DNA of 64,000 nt from IMG/VR virus record IMGVR_UViG_3300027963_000034, positions 32,001-96,000 of that record; one strand, written 5' to 3'. The notes under the pieces were generated by a model. It saw only the letters and a list, made by a program, of their open reading frames with translations, had not been told where the DNA came from and made no database searches. Below are positions 8,840-19,312 of the stretch, in pieces. The translations under genes were made by a program, and so were the position numbers. Positions within the stretch are counted from its first letter, which is position 1; every line of letters starts with the position of its first letter. This stretch comes from a virus (Duplodnaviria > Heunggongvirae > Uroviricota > Caudoviricetes).

Positions 8840-9630
8840 TATAACTGTTTTATTATTTCAATATCTTTTACATAGTCCGCAATCTCATAATCTCTCCAAT
8901 CGGTATAGTTTGGATATAAGTCAGGTCTTTCGTGATACCAAGTTTGAACCATTTGTGGATTTTGAATAACTTCATAACCACCTGCCATAATGACTAATTG
9001 TGCCAAACAATCCGACCATCCAATTAATTTATTTTGACTGGCAATCATATCATAGTTTAGTTCTAATACGGGTCTAAATTTTTCCCAACTTATAATCCAT
9101 TTTTTACAATCAATTATAAATCCACCACCTGCACCATATCCTTTATTACCAAATAGGTTTGTAGGTATGTTTGTATTTCCACCAATTTGTTTAATAACAT
9201 CTAATAGAATTTCCGGCATTACATTTGTATTATATTCAAATCCTGCAATACCAAATTCACTACCTTTTATGATACTGATTGGTTTAAGAATAAAACTATC
9301 CTCTTCCAATATTATCATAAATTTAGAATCGGATTTTTTACATGCCCAATATATGTTGTCACACCAAAGCAATGCGTTATCCATTGGCCAACATTCTCTA
9401 CCAACATTGTGTTGTTGGTGATTTCCTGGATATCCTATTTGAAATGGATTCTTTGAACATTCGGCATCATACTTCTCAGCAACTTTTTTATAGTTTTCAA
9501 AATCACCATTATCATCTACTTTAATATAAATGTCTCCGTCAGGATAGAACTCTCTAAACTTACGAAATGAATGCTCTGCTGCTTCCCAATTCTTATAACC
9601 CCAAAGATATGCATTTAACCATTTAGTCAT
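8839..9630 (-). CDS. GT-A fold glycosyltransferase-like
   Basis: VDDNGD, ILEED, GAGGG; glyco-island context. Confidence 0.55.
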   Translation of the reverse strand: MTKWLNAYLWGYKNWEAAEHSFRKFREFYPDGDIYIKVDDNGDFENYKKVAEKYDAECSKNPFQIGYPGNHQQHNVGRECWPMDNALLWCDNIYWACKKSDSKFMIILEEDSFILKPISIIKGSEFGIAGFEYNTNVMPEILLDVIKQIGGNTNIPTNLFGNKGYGAGGGFIIDCKKWIISWEKFRPVLELNYDMIASQNKLIGWSDCLAQLVIMAGGYEVIQNPQMVQTWYHERPDLYPNYTDWRDYEIADYVKDIEIIKQL

Positions 9631-10303
9631 GTCTTGTTAATTTATACAAATCATTACTGATTGTGTTTTTGTAATCATCATCTAACCATTGAACTCCCAT
9701 TTCTCCAACTTGATTCACCATTGGCAGATATAAATTATGCATCGCCACACCACAACCTTTTGGTGGATTTGTTTCCATTTCTAATATTGCTTCTATTAAA
9801 TTATTGGTCATAAAATGTGGAAATACAATAAATGTATCGTTTACAATTGGTAAGTCTAAATATTCCGGTTCTCTCCAAAAGAAATTACATTTATCAAAAT
9901 CATATTCATATTCTTCAAATGGGTTTTTGAAAAAGTTAATATCAAATCTAGTTGAAATAACTAAATCCAAATCTTCTTCTAATAATCTATGTAAACTATT
10001 ACAATAAGTTGCTGACATTAATTTTACACCATTTGATAATTCATCACCACCACCATATTGATTTAAATTCACTTCTTGGGATACAAACATTGCCTTTTTA
10101 AGAGGCAAATATGTATTTATAATCTCTTCTTTTTTTGGGTTGTCATAAGTAAATATATAAAAGAATATATCATGCCCTTGCTCTTTTAAAGGATTTACTA
10201 CATATTTAAAAAAGTTATCTTTTGCATCTTCAAAATTTCTATATCTGCCACCATTTAACCCATCATTATAAGATACACCTACTAAATTGATTCCTATTTT
10301 CAT
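9623..10303 (-). CDS. Putative glycosyltransferase-like protein (paralogue of 12756..13457)
   Basis: MKIGINLVG...D.F.FTY...DLVISTRFD...ND pattern. Confidence 0.5.
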   Translation of the reverse strand: MKIGINLVGVSYNDGLNGGRYRNFEDAKDNFFKYVVNPLKEQGHDIFFYIFTYDNPKKEEIINTYLPLKKAMFVSQEVNLNQYGGGDELSNGVKLMSATYCNSLHRLLEEDLDLVISTRFDINFFKNPFEEYEYDFDKCNFFWREPEYLDLPIVNDTFIVFPHFMTNNLIEAILEMETNPPKGCGVAMHNLYLPMVNQVGEMGVQWLDDDYKNTISNDLYKLTRHD

Positions 10304-11523
10304 ATTGTTTGAATTGTTGGAAATAAAATAATAAAATTACCAGTATATCCATCGTTTCTTAAAGATTCAATAATAACATCTTTGAAATTATGTGCTAATA
10401 TTAAAATATAATCAACTTTGTTATTTTTTAAGTATTCTCTACTTTTAATTTGAATACCTGTTCCTGGTATAAACTTATCTTGTTTTAAATCGGTATCATC
10501 AATTACTACATCCAATATCGTATGGTCTATCTTTGCACTATTTAAAAATATGCATCCCTTTGCAGCTGCTCCAAATCCTATAATATTATTATTTGCATTT
10601 TTACAAGCTTGCAACATAATTTTACAATCCGATATATGTTCTTCAATTACTTCACCCCAATCTTTATAATATTCTTCATTTATAGATTGTTCTTCATCTA
10701 TTAATTTTTGAACACCATTACAAACATCCCAATCTCCTTTTTTAGAAATTAATAATCTCAATGTTCCACCATGAATAGGATATTTAACTGCTTTAATTAT
10801 TTCTAAACCAAACTTATCAAATAATTGTTTAAGTGGTTCTACCAAATAAAAATAAACATGCTCATGATATATTTGGTCAAATTGTAAAGTTTGCATGTTA
10901 GTTTTCCAATAAGGAAATTCCAAACACCAAATACCTTTATTATCTAAACTAATTGATATTGCTTCTGCAAAATCTGCAATAGGTGGTGTATGTTGAAATA
11001 CATTTGTTGATGTTATTAATTTAAATTTTTTGTTTAGTGTTTTTGCAGTTTTTACTCCCCAAAATTCATTTAATGCTGGGACACCTCTTTCTCTACTTAA
11101 TTTTGTAAGATTGGTTGATGCGTCTACATTTAATACATTCAAATATGGTTTCTTTTCCAAAAATGAATGTAATAGTGTTCCATCATTACCACCAATATCC
11201 AATATATTATCATTTTCTTTTAAATTCAAATAGGTATCAACAAACCAAAACATTTCTTTACAATGGTCTGCATATGCTTTTACAACACCTGATTTATATG
11301 AATATTGTGAAAACATTAAATTTGGGTCTACATTTTCGGTAAGACATGATAATTTACTTTTTTCAAAATATTGAACTGCTAATTTGTATTTTGGCGAATT
11401 AAACGAATCTTCTCTTGTATCAGATAAATTATTTACCAATGGCATTTCACCTAAATCAATATAGGTAAATCTTTCCGAATCATTTGTGATTGGACAATTT
11501 GTAACTTCTGTAACTTCTTTCAT
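10300..11523 (-). CDS. NDP-sugar C-methyltransferase
   Basis: DLGEMPLVN, DIGGNDG, FDQIYHEH, HGGTLR, GAAAKG, FIPGT motifs. Confidence 0.9.
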   Translation of the reverse strand: MKEVTEVTNCPITNDSERFTYIDLGEMPLVNNLSDTREDSFNSPKYKLAVQYFEKSKLSCLTENVDPNLMFSQYSYKSGVVKAYADHCKEMFWFVDTYLNLKENDNILDIGGNDGTLLHSFLEKKPYLNVLNVDASTNLTKLSRERGVPALNEFWGVKTAKTLNKKFKLITSTNVFQHTPPIADFAEAISISLDNKGIWCLEFPYWKTNMQTLQFDQIYHEHVYFYLVEPLKQLFDKFGLEIIKAVKYPIHGGTLRLLISKKGDWDVCNGVQKLIDEEQSINEEYYKDWGEVIEEHISDCKIMLQACKNANNNIIGFGAAAKGCIFLNSAKIDHTILDVVIDDTDLKQDKFIPGTGIQIKSREYLKNNKVDYILILAHNFKDVIIESLRNDGYTGNFIILFPTIQTI

Positions 11524-12189
11524 CTATTTTAAATATTCATTTATTAAAGTTTCTACTGCGTATGGTGCTTCATGTTTACATTCAAATATAGATTGTAAAT
11601 TTCCATTTGGATTTGAACCTATAAAAAATTCTACCGATAATGAATTTTGTGCACCTAACATTTCTTTGTTATAAAGGTAATCTTCATTTAATGTTCTTAT
11701 ATATTTTGATGTCGACCACCAATAAGTTCCACTAAAATGTGGATAATATCCAACATATGTATCTTTTCTTAAATTAGACCCAACTGCGTCTGCTCCACCA
11801 TCCAATAATTCAATACATTCTTTATGTCTATACATAAGATTATAATCCATACTCCATCTCCACAATGTGTTATTATATCCCGTATTGGATACTGCCTTTG
11901 TATGAAAATACATAACATATGCATCCTCTTCTTTACAAAAGTCCATAACATCTCTCATAGTAGATTTTTCAGCTTCGTTTGAATCGTGCACTCTAAATAC
12001 GCACTTTGGATATGAAATCAATAAATTAGTAAACCAGTTTGTGTTTTCTTCTGATGGTGATATTATACCAATGTATATTTTATCCACTTCATTATATAAT
12101 CCTGATGTTACCAATTTCATAAGTTGTTCTTGTACAACCAATTTGTATTCGTTAATCAGATATGTATGCCAAAAAATAACCTTACGCAT
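11524..12189 (-). CDS. Putative glycosyltransferase (YxHTK family)
   Basis: E..T, YFHTKA, HFSGTYWW; paralogue of 16849..17514. Confidence 0.55.
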   Translation of the reverse strand: MRKVIFWHTYLINEYKLVVQEQLMKLVTSGLYNEVDKIYIGIISPSEENTNWFTNLLISYPKCVFRVHDSNEAEKSTMRDVMDFCKEEDAYVMYFHTKAVSNTGYNNTLWRWSMDYNLMYRHKECIELLDGGADAVGSNLRKDTYVGYYPHFSGTYWWSTSKYIRTLNEDYLYNKEMLGAQNSLSVEFFIGSNPNGNLQSIFECKHEAPYAVETLINEYLK

Positions 12190-12766
12190 TTATAATATTC
12201 TTTATTTTATTATATTTTTCTTCCGATTTAGTTAAAATTCCTAATCCCGCAGAACCTGTATGTATTAATTTATATCCATCACAATCTGCAAAAAATACAC
12301 CAACTGTCTCAGGAAAAGATTCAACATCATGAAACAAAATAATTGCATCATCATTACAAAATCCTATCCAATTATCAAAATCACCTTTAACTGCTTCATA
12401 TGAATGAAATCCGTCAATGTGTAATATGTCAATTTTTTTATCCCAAGTTTTTGATGCTTCTGCAAAATCACTTTTAATAAATTCTATATTTGAAACACCA
12501 AAATTCTTTATGATATGTTGATACAAATCATCTACCAAATTTAATGTATCTCTATGGCCGGCATGGTCATCACCTTGAAACCAATCAATACCATATACGT
12601 TACCAATTTGTGGATATCCAAAACAAAATGTTGAAAAACCATAATCAACTCCCAAGTCTACTACAACTTCGGGATTAAATGTTTCTACTAATTCCATAGC
12701 CAATAATCCATGGCCTTTCCATGCTGAGTCATGTCTCAACAATGTTTCAATGTATCTATTTTTCAT
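12182..12766 (-). CDS. Class I SAM-dependent methyltransferase (Methyltransf_24-like)
   Basis: VDLGVDYGFS, GID.F.GD, LHIDGFHSYE, FHD. Confidence 0.85.
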   Translation of the reverse strand: MKNRYIETLLRHDSAWKGHGLLAMELVETFNPEVVVDLGVDYGFSTFCFGYPQIGNVYGIDWFQGDDHAGHRDTLNLVDDLYQHIIKNFGVSNIEFIKSDFAEASKTWDKKIDILHIDGFHSYEAVKGDFDNWIGFCNDDAIILFHDVESFPETVGVFFADCDGYKLIHTGSAGLGILTKSEEKYNKIKNIINA

Positions 12767-13457
12767 TTTCGTTTAATATTATTTCTTCTAATTTATATGG
12801 TATCAAAGAAAAATTCAATGGTTCCACTTTTACAACATTTTTACTTATGTTTAATGATTCAAACCAATTAAAGTGATTTGTTTCACCACCAGGAATTATC
12901 TTTGTACCATTTATATAATCAATTGTGTATTTAAAAAAATTCATATAAATTGATTTCATTCCACTTGCAGTACCTACCATAATATTATCATCAAATTTCA
13001 TATGTCCTTGCCAATGGTTTCCAGCTGCATATAATAAATTTGCATCCTTATCATTTTTTATAAAGTCTATAAACATATCAACATTATGTAACTCTATATC
13101 CATTCTTGCTTTTATAATCAAATCATAATCTGTTTTCAATGATTCCGAAAAAATTGTAATAGTTTGAAAACAACTTGTTACTGCATATGCCTGTTGCATT
13201 GCATGATATGATTGTGTTTCATATGTCACATCCGTTGGTACTAAATCAATAAATTTATGTGGATTTGATACTTTAATTTCTTTTGGTTGAAAGTCTTCAA
13301 TCAATGCATTTATATCAATAAAATTTCTACCTCTATCTTCACCATACCAAGTTTGAATAAACACATCCGCATTTAATTCTTTAATTACTTTTTGCCATTG
13401 GTCTAATACCTTTTTATACTTTCTAGGTTGACCATAAAAACATATTGCTACTCTCAT
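12756..13457 (-). CDS. Putative glycosyltransferase-like protein
   Basis: MRVAICFYGQPR, DVFIQTW, YDLIIKARMD, DD. Confidence 0.55.
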   Translation of the reverse strand: MRVAICFYGQPRKYKKVLDQWQKVIKELNADVFIQTWYGEDRGRNFIDINALIEDFQPKEIKVSNPHKFIDLVPTDVTYETQSYHAMQQAYAVTSCFQTITIFSESLKTDYDLIIKARMDIELHNVDMFIDFIKNDKDANLLYAAGNHWQGHMKFDDNIMVGTASGMKSIYMNFFKYTIDYINGTKIIPGGETNHFNWFESLNISKNVVKVEPLNFSLIPYKLEEIILNENEK

Positions 13458-13888
13458 TTATAATCGTTTATATAATCCGAACAAATTCCGATACATTCAT
13501 CTAAATTATCATTATGAATTTCAGGCATTACTGCGATACTTCCTTTAATTGGTTGTTTACCAGGATATGCCCAAACTACGTTCATTGACGTAAGTGTTAA
13601 TGCATCTTCTTCATGCCAAAAATAATGATAACTATTAAGCATATTAAACCATTCCACTGCTTCTATATTTTTACAATGAATCCACAAATGTTGTATTCTT
13701 TCACTAAACCAATGTTGTGAAACACCATATTGTGGTTTATCGTGTCCTAAAAATAAAACACCTTCAATCATCCATACATCTATTTCAACATCAAATCCTT
13801 CCGATATTGCTTTGTCGATGTATGCTGGTTCGTTTTCATATGATTCAAACTTTCCGTTTGTATTTCCTCTGTGTGATATTAATATCAT
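13454..13888 (-). CDS. Small GDPD/PLC-like phosphodiesterase-fold protein
   Basis: ISHRGN, EN, DVEID, LGHD, HCKN, GICSD. Confidence 0.7.
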   Translation of the reverse strand: MILISHRGNTNGKFESYENEPAYIDKAISEGFDVEIDVWMIEGVLFLGHDKPQYGVSQHWFSERIQHLWIHCKNIEAVEWFNMLNSYHYFWHEEDALTLTSMNVVWAYPGKQPIKGSIAVMPEIHNDNLDECIGICSDYINDYK

Positions 13889-15252
13889 TTCTTATTTTCT
13901 AAATAGTAATTTAAATCTTCTGGTGTACCCAATCCCCACATCTTATCAATGTTAAATGTTTTAATCTTTTTACCATCTGCAATTGCTTCGTTAAAAGTTG
14001 GACAAGTATAAAACTCATTGTTAGTTCTGATATTCTTTTCAATCATTTGCTCTGCGTATTTTACATAGTCTGAACCTTTAGCCCAATAGTAAACACCGAC
14101 TGTTGCTATATCTGAAATTGGATTTTTTTCTGCTACTTTGGTAACATATCCATATTCATCAACCTTAGCGAATGACCATTTTGGATGTGTTGCTTTAAAT
14201 GTTAAAATACCACCATCTACTTTTTGCTCAATCATCTTATACATAAACTCATTCGAATCCCATTCAACAAATTGGTCAGAGTTTGCCATAACTAATGGTG
14301 CATCGTTATCAATATATTCTTTTGCTAACAACGTAGTACAAGCTGCTCCTTCTGTAATCCCATCTACTTCCACAATTTTACAATTCGGTGTGATTAGATT
14401 TAATAAGGTATCTAAATTGTACTTCTCTCTATGTTCTTTTTGTACTACATAAATGTATGTAGCTTCTATGTTTAGATTATCCACTACAACTTGTATCATT
14501 GGTTTTCCATTAACATCAATTAATGGTTTTGGAAATGTATAACCAGCTTGCTGAAATCTACTTCCAGCTCCAGCCATTGGAATAAGAACATTCATCTTAC
14601 CACCTTGCCATTTTGGTATTTTCATATTTGTCGTTTGTTCTAATTTACTAATAATTTTTGATAATACCAAATCTTTTGGAGAATCTACTCTCAAAACATT
14701 TGCTCTACTTCTACTTGCTGCTAATAATCCGTGCGGAGAATCCTCTACGATTAAAGTTTCTTCCGGCAAAACTCCCATCATACTCATTGCCTTCCAATAC
14801 ATTTCAGGATGTGGTTTAGAGTTCTTTACATCCTCATTAGAGATGATTAAGTCCATATACTCAATTATACCTATCTTTGCTAACATAACCAATACAGACC
14901 TTCTAATTGAGTTTGAAGCACATGCTAACTTATATCCTTTATTTCTTAATTCTTTAAATAACTCAATCTTTTGTAAATCAGGTTGTAATTCTGAAATTGC
15001 TTCAATTGTAAGTTGTTGCTTTCTATTCCAAACCGTTTCGTATGTATCTCGATGTAAACCCTTATTTTGAGTAAGTAGTTCTAATTTTTGATTTGTTTTT
15101 AATCCATCGTAAATTGATAAATGTTCTGCTTCTGAAATAACATATTTTGTACTCTTTCCTATTTCCCACAAAGCTTTGTTCAATGTTTCAAAATGTATTT
15201 GTTTTGCTTCCACTAATACACCATCCAAATCAAATATAATTAATTTTGTCAT
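13885..15252 (-). CDS. HAD phosphatase fused to sugar-phosphate nucleotidyltransferase
   Basis: N-terminal FDLDGVL, ASN, KPHP, VEDS; C-terminal PMAGAGSRF..PKPL, NSDQ, EK, GTPEDL; start moved to ATG 15252 (TAATG coupling). Confidence 0.85.
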   Translation of the reverse strand: MTKLIIFDLDGVLVEAKQIHFETLNKALWEIGKSTKYVISEAEHLSIYDGLKTNQKLELLTQNKGLHRDTYETVWNRKQQLTIEAISELQPDLQKIELFKELRNKGYKLACASNSIRRSVLVMLAKIGIIEYMDLIISNEDVKNSKPHPEMYWKAMSMMGVLPEETLIVEDSPHGLLAASRSRANVLRVDSPKDLVLSKIISKLEQTTNMKIPKWQGGKMNVLIPMAGAGSRFQQAGYTFPKPLIDVNGKPMIQVVVDNLNIEATYIYVVQKEHREKYNLDTLLNLITPNCKIVEVDGITEGAACTTLLAKEYIDNDAPLVMANSDQFVEWDSNEFMYKMIEQKVDGGILTFKATHPKWSFAKVDEYGYVTKVAEKNPISDIATVGVYYWAKGSDYVKYAEQMIEKNIRTNNEFYTCPTFNEAIADGKKIKTFNIDKMWGLGTPEDLNYYLENKK

Positions 15253-15992
15253 TATTTTCCGTATTTTGCCCAATCGTTATGTCTAAATAAACCTTCGTTA
15301 TGTCCAACTTTATATTCCTGTTCTGCCCACCATTTGCTAATATTTCCTTCTAATCCAATACCTTCACCTGCAAATGGTCTAACTACATCTAAATAAAATT
15401 GTTTCTTATAAAGGCACGGGTTGTTTGTCCAATTACCATATCGAGATGTAGTCCAAAACATATCTTCCGATTTCTTTATCAAATCAGGAAATTCAATCGA
15501 TGGGTCTAACCAATGTATTGAATCTAATAAGTGTGGAGATTGACAACCAATTTCATCATCATAATAAGTCAATTCTTTACCTTTGTGTCTAAATGAAAAA
15601 TGTGGGTTACCTGGATTTACTCTATGTCTTAAACGAACAACATCCATCCCCATTTCAATTGCTTGATAGCTTCTTTTTAATGTGTTGTATGTGGTTTCGT
15701 TATCTTCAATCAAATTCCAATCATGTTCTAATACTAAAACATAATCCTCTTTTGCATTTTCAGTTAAACGGATAAATGCCTGTCCTATACCAATATTCTT
15801 TTGTAAACCTATGAAATCCAATCCAAAGTGTCTTGCAATTTCCATATCTTGTGGTGTCACTTCCTGAAATAGGATAGTCACATCGTTTACCATATCGAAT
15901 AAACCATTTTCGTAATATGTGGTTAAAGTATCTACTAATACTTGTCCACTATGCCAGGAAAGTATCCCTATGCTGATTGGTAGTTTTTCCAT
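15252..15992 (-). CDS. GT2-like glycosyltransferase
   Basis: SIGILSW, NIGIG, LVLEHDW, WTNNP. Confidence 0.65.
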   Translation of the reverse strand: MEKLPISIGILSWHSGQVLVDTLTTYYENGLFDMVNDVTILFQEVTPQDMEIARHFGLDFIGLQKNIGIGQAFIRLTENAKEDYVLVLEHDWNLIEDNETTYNTLKRSYQAIEMGMDVVRLRHRVNPGNPHFSFRHKGKELTYYDDEIGCQSPHLLDSIHWLDPSIEFPDLIKKSEDMFWTTSRYGNWTNNPCLYKKQFYLDVVRPFAGEGIGLEGNISKWWAEQEYKVGHNEGLFRHNDWAKYGK

Positions 15993-16852
15993 AATTCAAA
16001 TTTTTCTATTAATTTATCTACTCTTTGTATTTGTGTATGATTTGCGATAACTTTTGCCATTCCATTATATGCAATTCTTTCTCTCTCCTCTTCGTTTTCA
16101 TTATAGTAATTCATTTTTTCTATACAATCAAACATATCATCGTAATATACAATATCTTCACCATCTATAAACATATCTCTTAAACCAGTTTCCGGTGGTA
16201 GATTATCAGTCAATACTAATTTACCACATGCCATACCTTCAAATATTCTACGGGTTATTTCTTTCCATCTACTATTTTGAATAACCATTAATCCAGTATT
16301 CAAAAATTTTGTATGCTCTTCTGCATCCATTCCATTTCTATTTCCAATTGCCCCTTCTGCCCAATTTGTAAGATAATCTAAAAATTCCGAGCCACCTCTT
16401 CCTCTACTAGTTACGCCAACATATTGTGGTTCTAAATTCATAGGAAATTGAACGGCGGTATCTGCCCAATGTGGCACCCAATCCGCATTAATACCACATA
16501 TTCTATATTCTTCTGCTGATACTTTATCTGGTGTGATTGTATAATGAAATCTATTTGCTTTTGGATAATTTCTTTCAAAATTTTGTGGGTCATCTCCACT
16601 CTCTTGTATCCAAAATGAATTTGGTTTTAAATTCTTATCCAACCATTTGGAGTCAAACCTACCCCAATCCATAAATAATACTATATCCGTTGGCGTATCC
16701 TGTTGAATCCATAATTGTAATTGGGAATCATCACCATTTGGTATTGGAACTATTTCAGTTTCCCAGCCTCTCTCTTTAAATTCATTTAATAATGATAAAG
16801 GAGTTGACCATTTTTCATTTGGTTTATAGTCGTATATAAATGTTATTTTCAT
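15968..16852 (-). CDS. GT-B glycosyltransferase (CgeB-like)
   Basis: DDP, RRIFEGMACG, F.DGEDIVYY, ERIA.NG, HT..QR. Confidence 0.85.
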   Translation of the reverse strand: MKITFIYDYKPNEKWSTPLSLLNEFKERGWETEIVPIPNGDDSQLQLWIQQDTPTDIVLFMDWGRFDSKWLDKNLKPNSFWIQESGDDPQNFERNYPKANRFHYTITPDKVSAEEYRICGINADWVPHWADTAVQFPMNLEPQYVGVTSRGRGGSEFLDYLTNWAEGAIGNRNGMDAEEHTKFLNTGLMVIQNSRWKEITRRIFEGMACGKLVLTDNLPPETGLRDMFIDGEDIVYYDDMFDCIEKMNYYNENEEERERIAYNGMAKVIANHTQIQRVDKLIEKFELWKNYQSA

Positions 16853-17514
16853 AATCTATATTTTTCTTTTGGATATCGTTCATAATAATGATTTACACTA
16901 CTATTAAAAACACAATATGGTTTCCAATTTTCACCATTTTGTATAAATTCAAATTCCGCATCTACTCTAATATGTTTATCTGATTTTTTAAAATTTATAC
17001 TTTTTAAATAATCAGATTTTGCCCACCAAAAATTACCAAAATAAGCTAATTTATCAACATGCTGTGGTGAGTGGAAGTTGACACCATATGTATTAAATTC
17101 TGTTTTTTCAAATAATTTAAATACATTTTTCACATACTCTATATTAAAATAATTCATCAAATGTCGCCAATCTTCTAAATTAGAATAATAATCTTCATAT
17201 ATTTTTGATGCACCTTTCGTATGAATATACAAAATATAATCCGAATCACCAAATGTTTCCTTATCATTTTCTATCAAATCTAATGTTGTAAATTCATTAC
17301 CAAATGCTCTAACTTCTCTAATTATGTGATTTGGTTTATTAGATTTATAAAATTTTTCAATAATGGAAGATGTTGATTTATTTGGATTCGCAATAGAAAT
17401 CCCCACATTTAATATGTAGGGAAAATCAAAATGTTTTTGTATTAAAGAAAGTTGTTCATCTACTATTGATTCGACACCATCTATTGCGTATATGTGATAA
17501 TAGATGTGTACCAT
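16849..17514 (-). CDS. Putative glycosyltransferase (YxHTK family)
   Basis: E..TL, YIHTKG, WR..M, GNFWWA. Confidence 0.55.
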   Translation of the reverse strand: MVHIYYHIYAIDGVESIVDEQLSLIQKHFDFPYILNVGISIANPNKSTSSIIEKFYKSNKPNHIIREVRAFGNEFTTLDLIENDKETFGDSDYILYIHTKGASKIYEDYYSNLEDWRHLMNYFNIEYVKNVFKLFEKTEFNTYGVNFHSPQHVDKLAYFGNFWWAKSDYLKSINFKKSDKHIRVDAEFEFIQNGENWKPYCVFNSSVNHYYERYPKEKYRL

Positions 17515-18137
17515 TATAAAGTATCGTAGTAATTATTTTGCTTTTCTTGTCTTTCTATTGTTTTTGGATGCTTAATACAATACACTTCTTCCATTGGAAA
17601 ATTTGTATAGTTTTCAAATCCACCAATTCTTTCATGTACTTTACCACTCCATCCGATTGTTTCTTTATTTTTATAAATACGAGTTTGAACATCTGGAAAG
17701 TTTACCCATCCTTTATCATTAACCTGCCATCCCCATTTTTTAATATGTTCATCCGTTAATCCAACGACTGTATTAATTCTAGGTACTAATATCAAATCTT
17801 TGTCCACATTTGCATCTAATAGGGCCTCCATATTTACAATCAAATCAGGTTCTAAATATTCATCCGCATCTAATTGAAATATCCATTCACCTTTACATTG
17901 TGAGTTTAATAGATTTTTCCATTGAGCGAAATCGTTATCAAATTCGGATTCAATCAATGTAATATGGTCTGCCTTTCCTTGTAACTCTAAATATTCTACT
18001 AACTCTATTGGAGCTTTTGGTAAATCTAATAAGACTACTATTTCTGAATTTTCTTCTTTATAGTTTAATAATTGCCCTACTAATCTAATTGTTTCTTCGA
18101 CTTCATTACAAGCCGTTATTGCGTAACTTAATTTCAT
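17514..18137 (-). CDS. GT2 glycosyltransferase
   Basis: ITACNE, DFA..KN, WIFQLDADE, PD.Q.R, W.GKVHE. Confidence 0.85.
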   Translation of the reverse strand: MKLSYAITACNEVEETIRLVGQLLNYKEENSEIVVLLDLPKAPIELVEYLELQGKADHITLIESEFDNDFAQWKNLLNSQCKGEWIFQLDADEYLEPDLIVNMEALLDANVDKDLILVPRINTVVGLTDEHIKKWGWQVNDKGWVNFPDVQTRIYKNKETIGWSGKVHERIGGFENYTNFPMEEVYCIKHPKTIERQEKQNNYYDTL

Positions 18138-18517
18138 TAAAATATTTTTTCGTCAGTTGAATTTGTGTAACTCCATGCAGAACCACTTGGATATCCATAT
18201 GCAGTTGATGTTGTTCCAAATCCAAATGGTGGATTACCAATTGTAATTGAACCAACTCCTGGTGTTGTTGTAATTGTTGTTCCAGGTGTACAAGTTATTT
18301 TATATGGATTGTATGGGTCTGTTGGTGGTGGTGTAATAAATGGTGAACCATTTGGTACTCCAAAGGGAAAAGATGGTGTCGATTCAAGAACTAATACCTT
18401 ATCTTCTACTTCTGCTAACTTTTCTTTTAGTGTGTCCCATTGTTTTGGAGTAATGTTAAATTCATGTACTCCGTCTGTGAATCCTTTTAACCAAAGGACG
18501 AATTCTTTTGATGTCAT
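18137..18517 (-). CDS. Hypothetical protein with Pro/Thr/Gly-rich tail
   Basis: MT..EF..WL.GF N-terminus; low-complexity C-terminal half. Confidence 0.6.
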   Translation of the reverse strand: MTSKEFVLWLKGFTDGVHEFNITPKQWDTLKEKLAEVEDKVLVLESTPSFPFGVPNGSPFITPPPTDPYNPYKITCTPGTTITTTPGVGSITIGNPPFGFGTTSTAYGYPSGSAWSYTNSTDEKIF

Positions 18518-18520
18518 AAC

Positions 18521-19312
18521 CTATATTATATTTGATTTTTGTAAATGTTCGTATATTTTTTCTGCTATAATTTCATTTCCTTTTAAGGATATATGATTAT
18601 CTTGTACCAATTCATTCGTATCATCGTGAATTTGTAATTTATGTTTTATACAAAATTGTTTTAATGTTTTTCCTTCAAATTTTAAAACATTTTCTGCATA
18701 TTTTTCTACTGCATCCAATTCCATTTCATCTCCCATTTCCCAAGATGACCAAATTATTTTTGAATTTTTACTTTTTGCAAATATATCTAATAATTTTATT
18801 TGTTTAAAAACTCTTTGCATCTCATCTTCTTGTTTAAAGATTATTTCAAGATATTTTTTATAATGTTCGTTTAATGGTAAAAGTTCTTCTTCGTTATTAA
18901 AAGGTGATGCATCAAACTCAGTTCTATTTAAATTATACTTTTTTCCATTTAAATCATAATACCAATATCTTCTAGTTATCATAGTTAAAAATACAATATA
19001 TATTTCATTTGAATTTTTATCTATTACATCATATAACTTATCAAAAATATAATCATTGGAAGCCTGGGATACTGCTAAATTAATTATACTTGCATTATTT
19101 AATTTTTTTTCTAAAATTGTACTAAATCTATTTTCTACTTTATATTGTTCCAATTTATCAACAATAATATCTCTATGTTGCCATTGATAAGTAGTTTCAA
19201 ATTTTTCAGGAAAATATTCCAATTTATCTTCATTTAGAAAATTATAATAATTTATATTATCTAGACCACCTCCTTCGGTGAAGCTACATCCAAAAAATTT
19301 TAATTTCATCAT
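18521..19312 (-). CDS. SGNH-like protein (paralogue 2)
   Basis: FGCSFTEG, NLA..QASN, DNH.S..GN. Confidence 0.65.
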   Translation of the reverse strand: MMKLKFFGCSFTEGGGLDNINYYNFLNEDKLEYFPEKFETTYQWQHRDIIVDKLEQYKVENRFSTILEKKLNNASIINLAVSQASNDYIFDKLYDVIDKNSNEIYIVFLTMITRRYWYYDLNGKKYNLNRTEFDASPFNNEEELLPLNEHYKKYLEIIFKQEDEMQRVFKQIKLLDIFAKSKNSKIIWSSWEMGDEMELDAVEKYAENVLKFEGKTLKQFCIKHKLQIHDDTNELVQDNHISLKGNEIIAEKIYEHLQKSNII

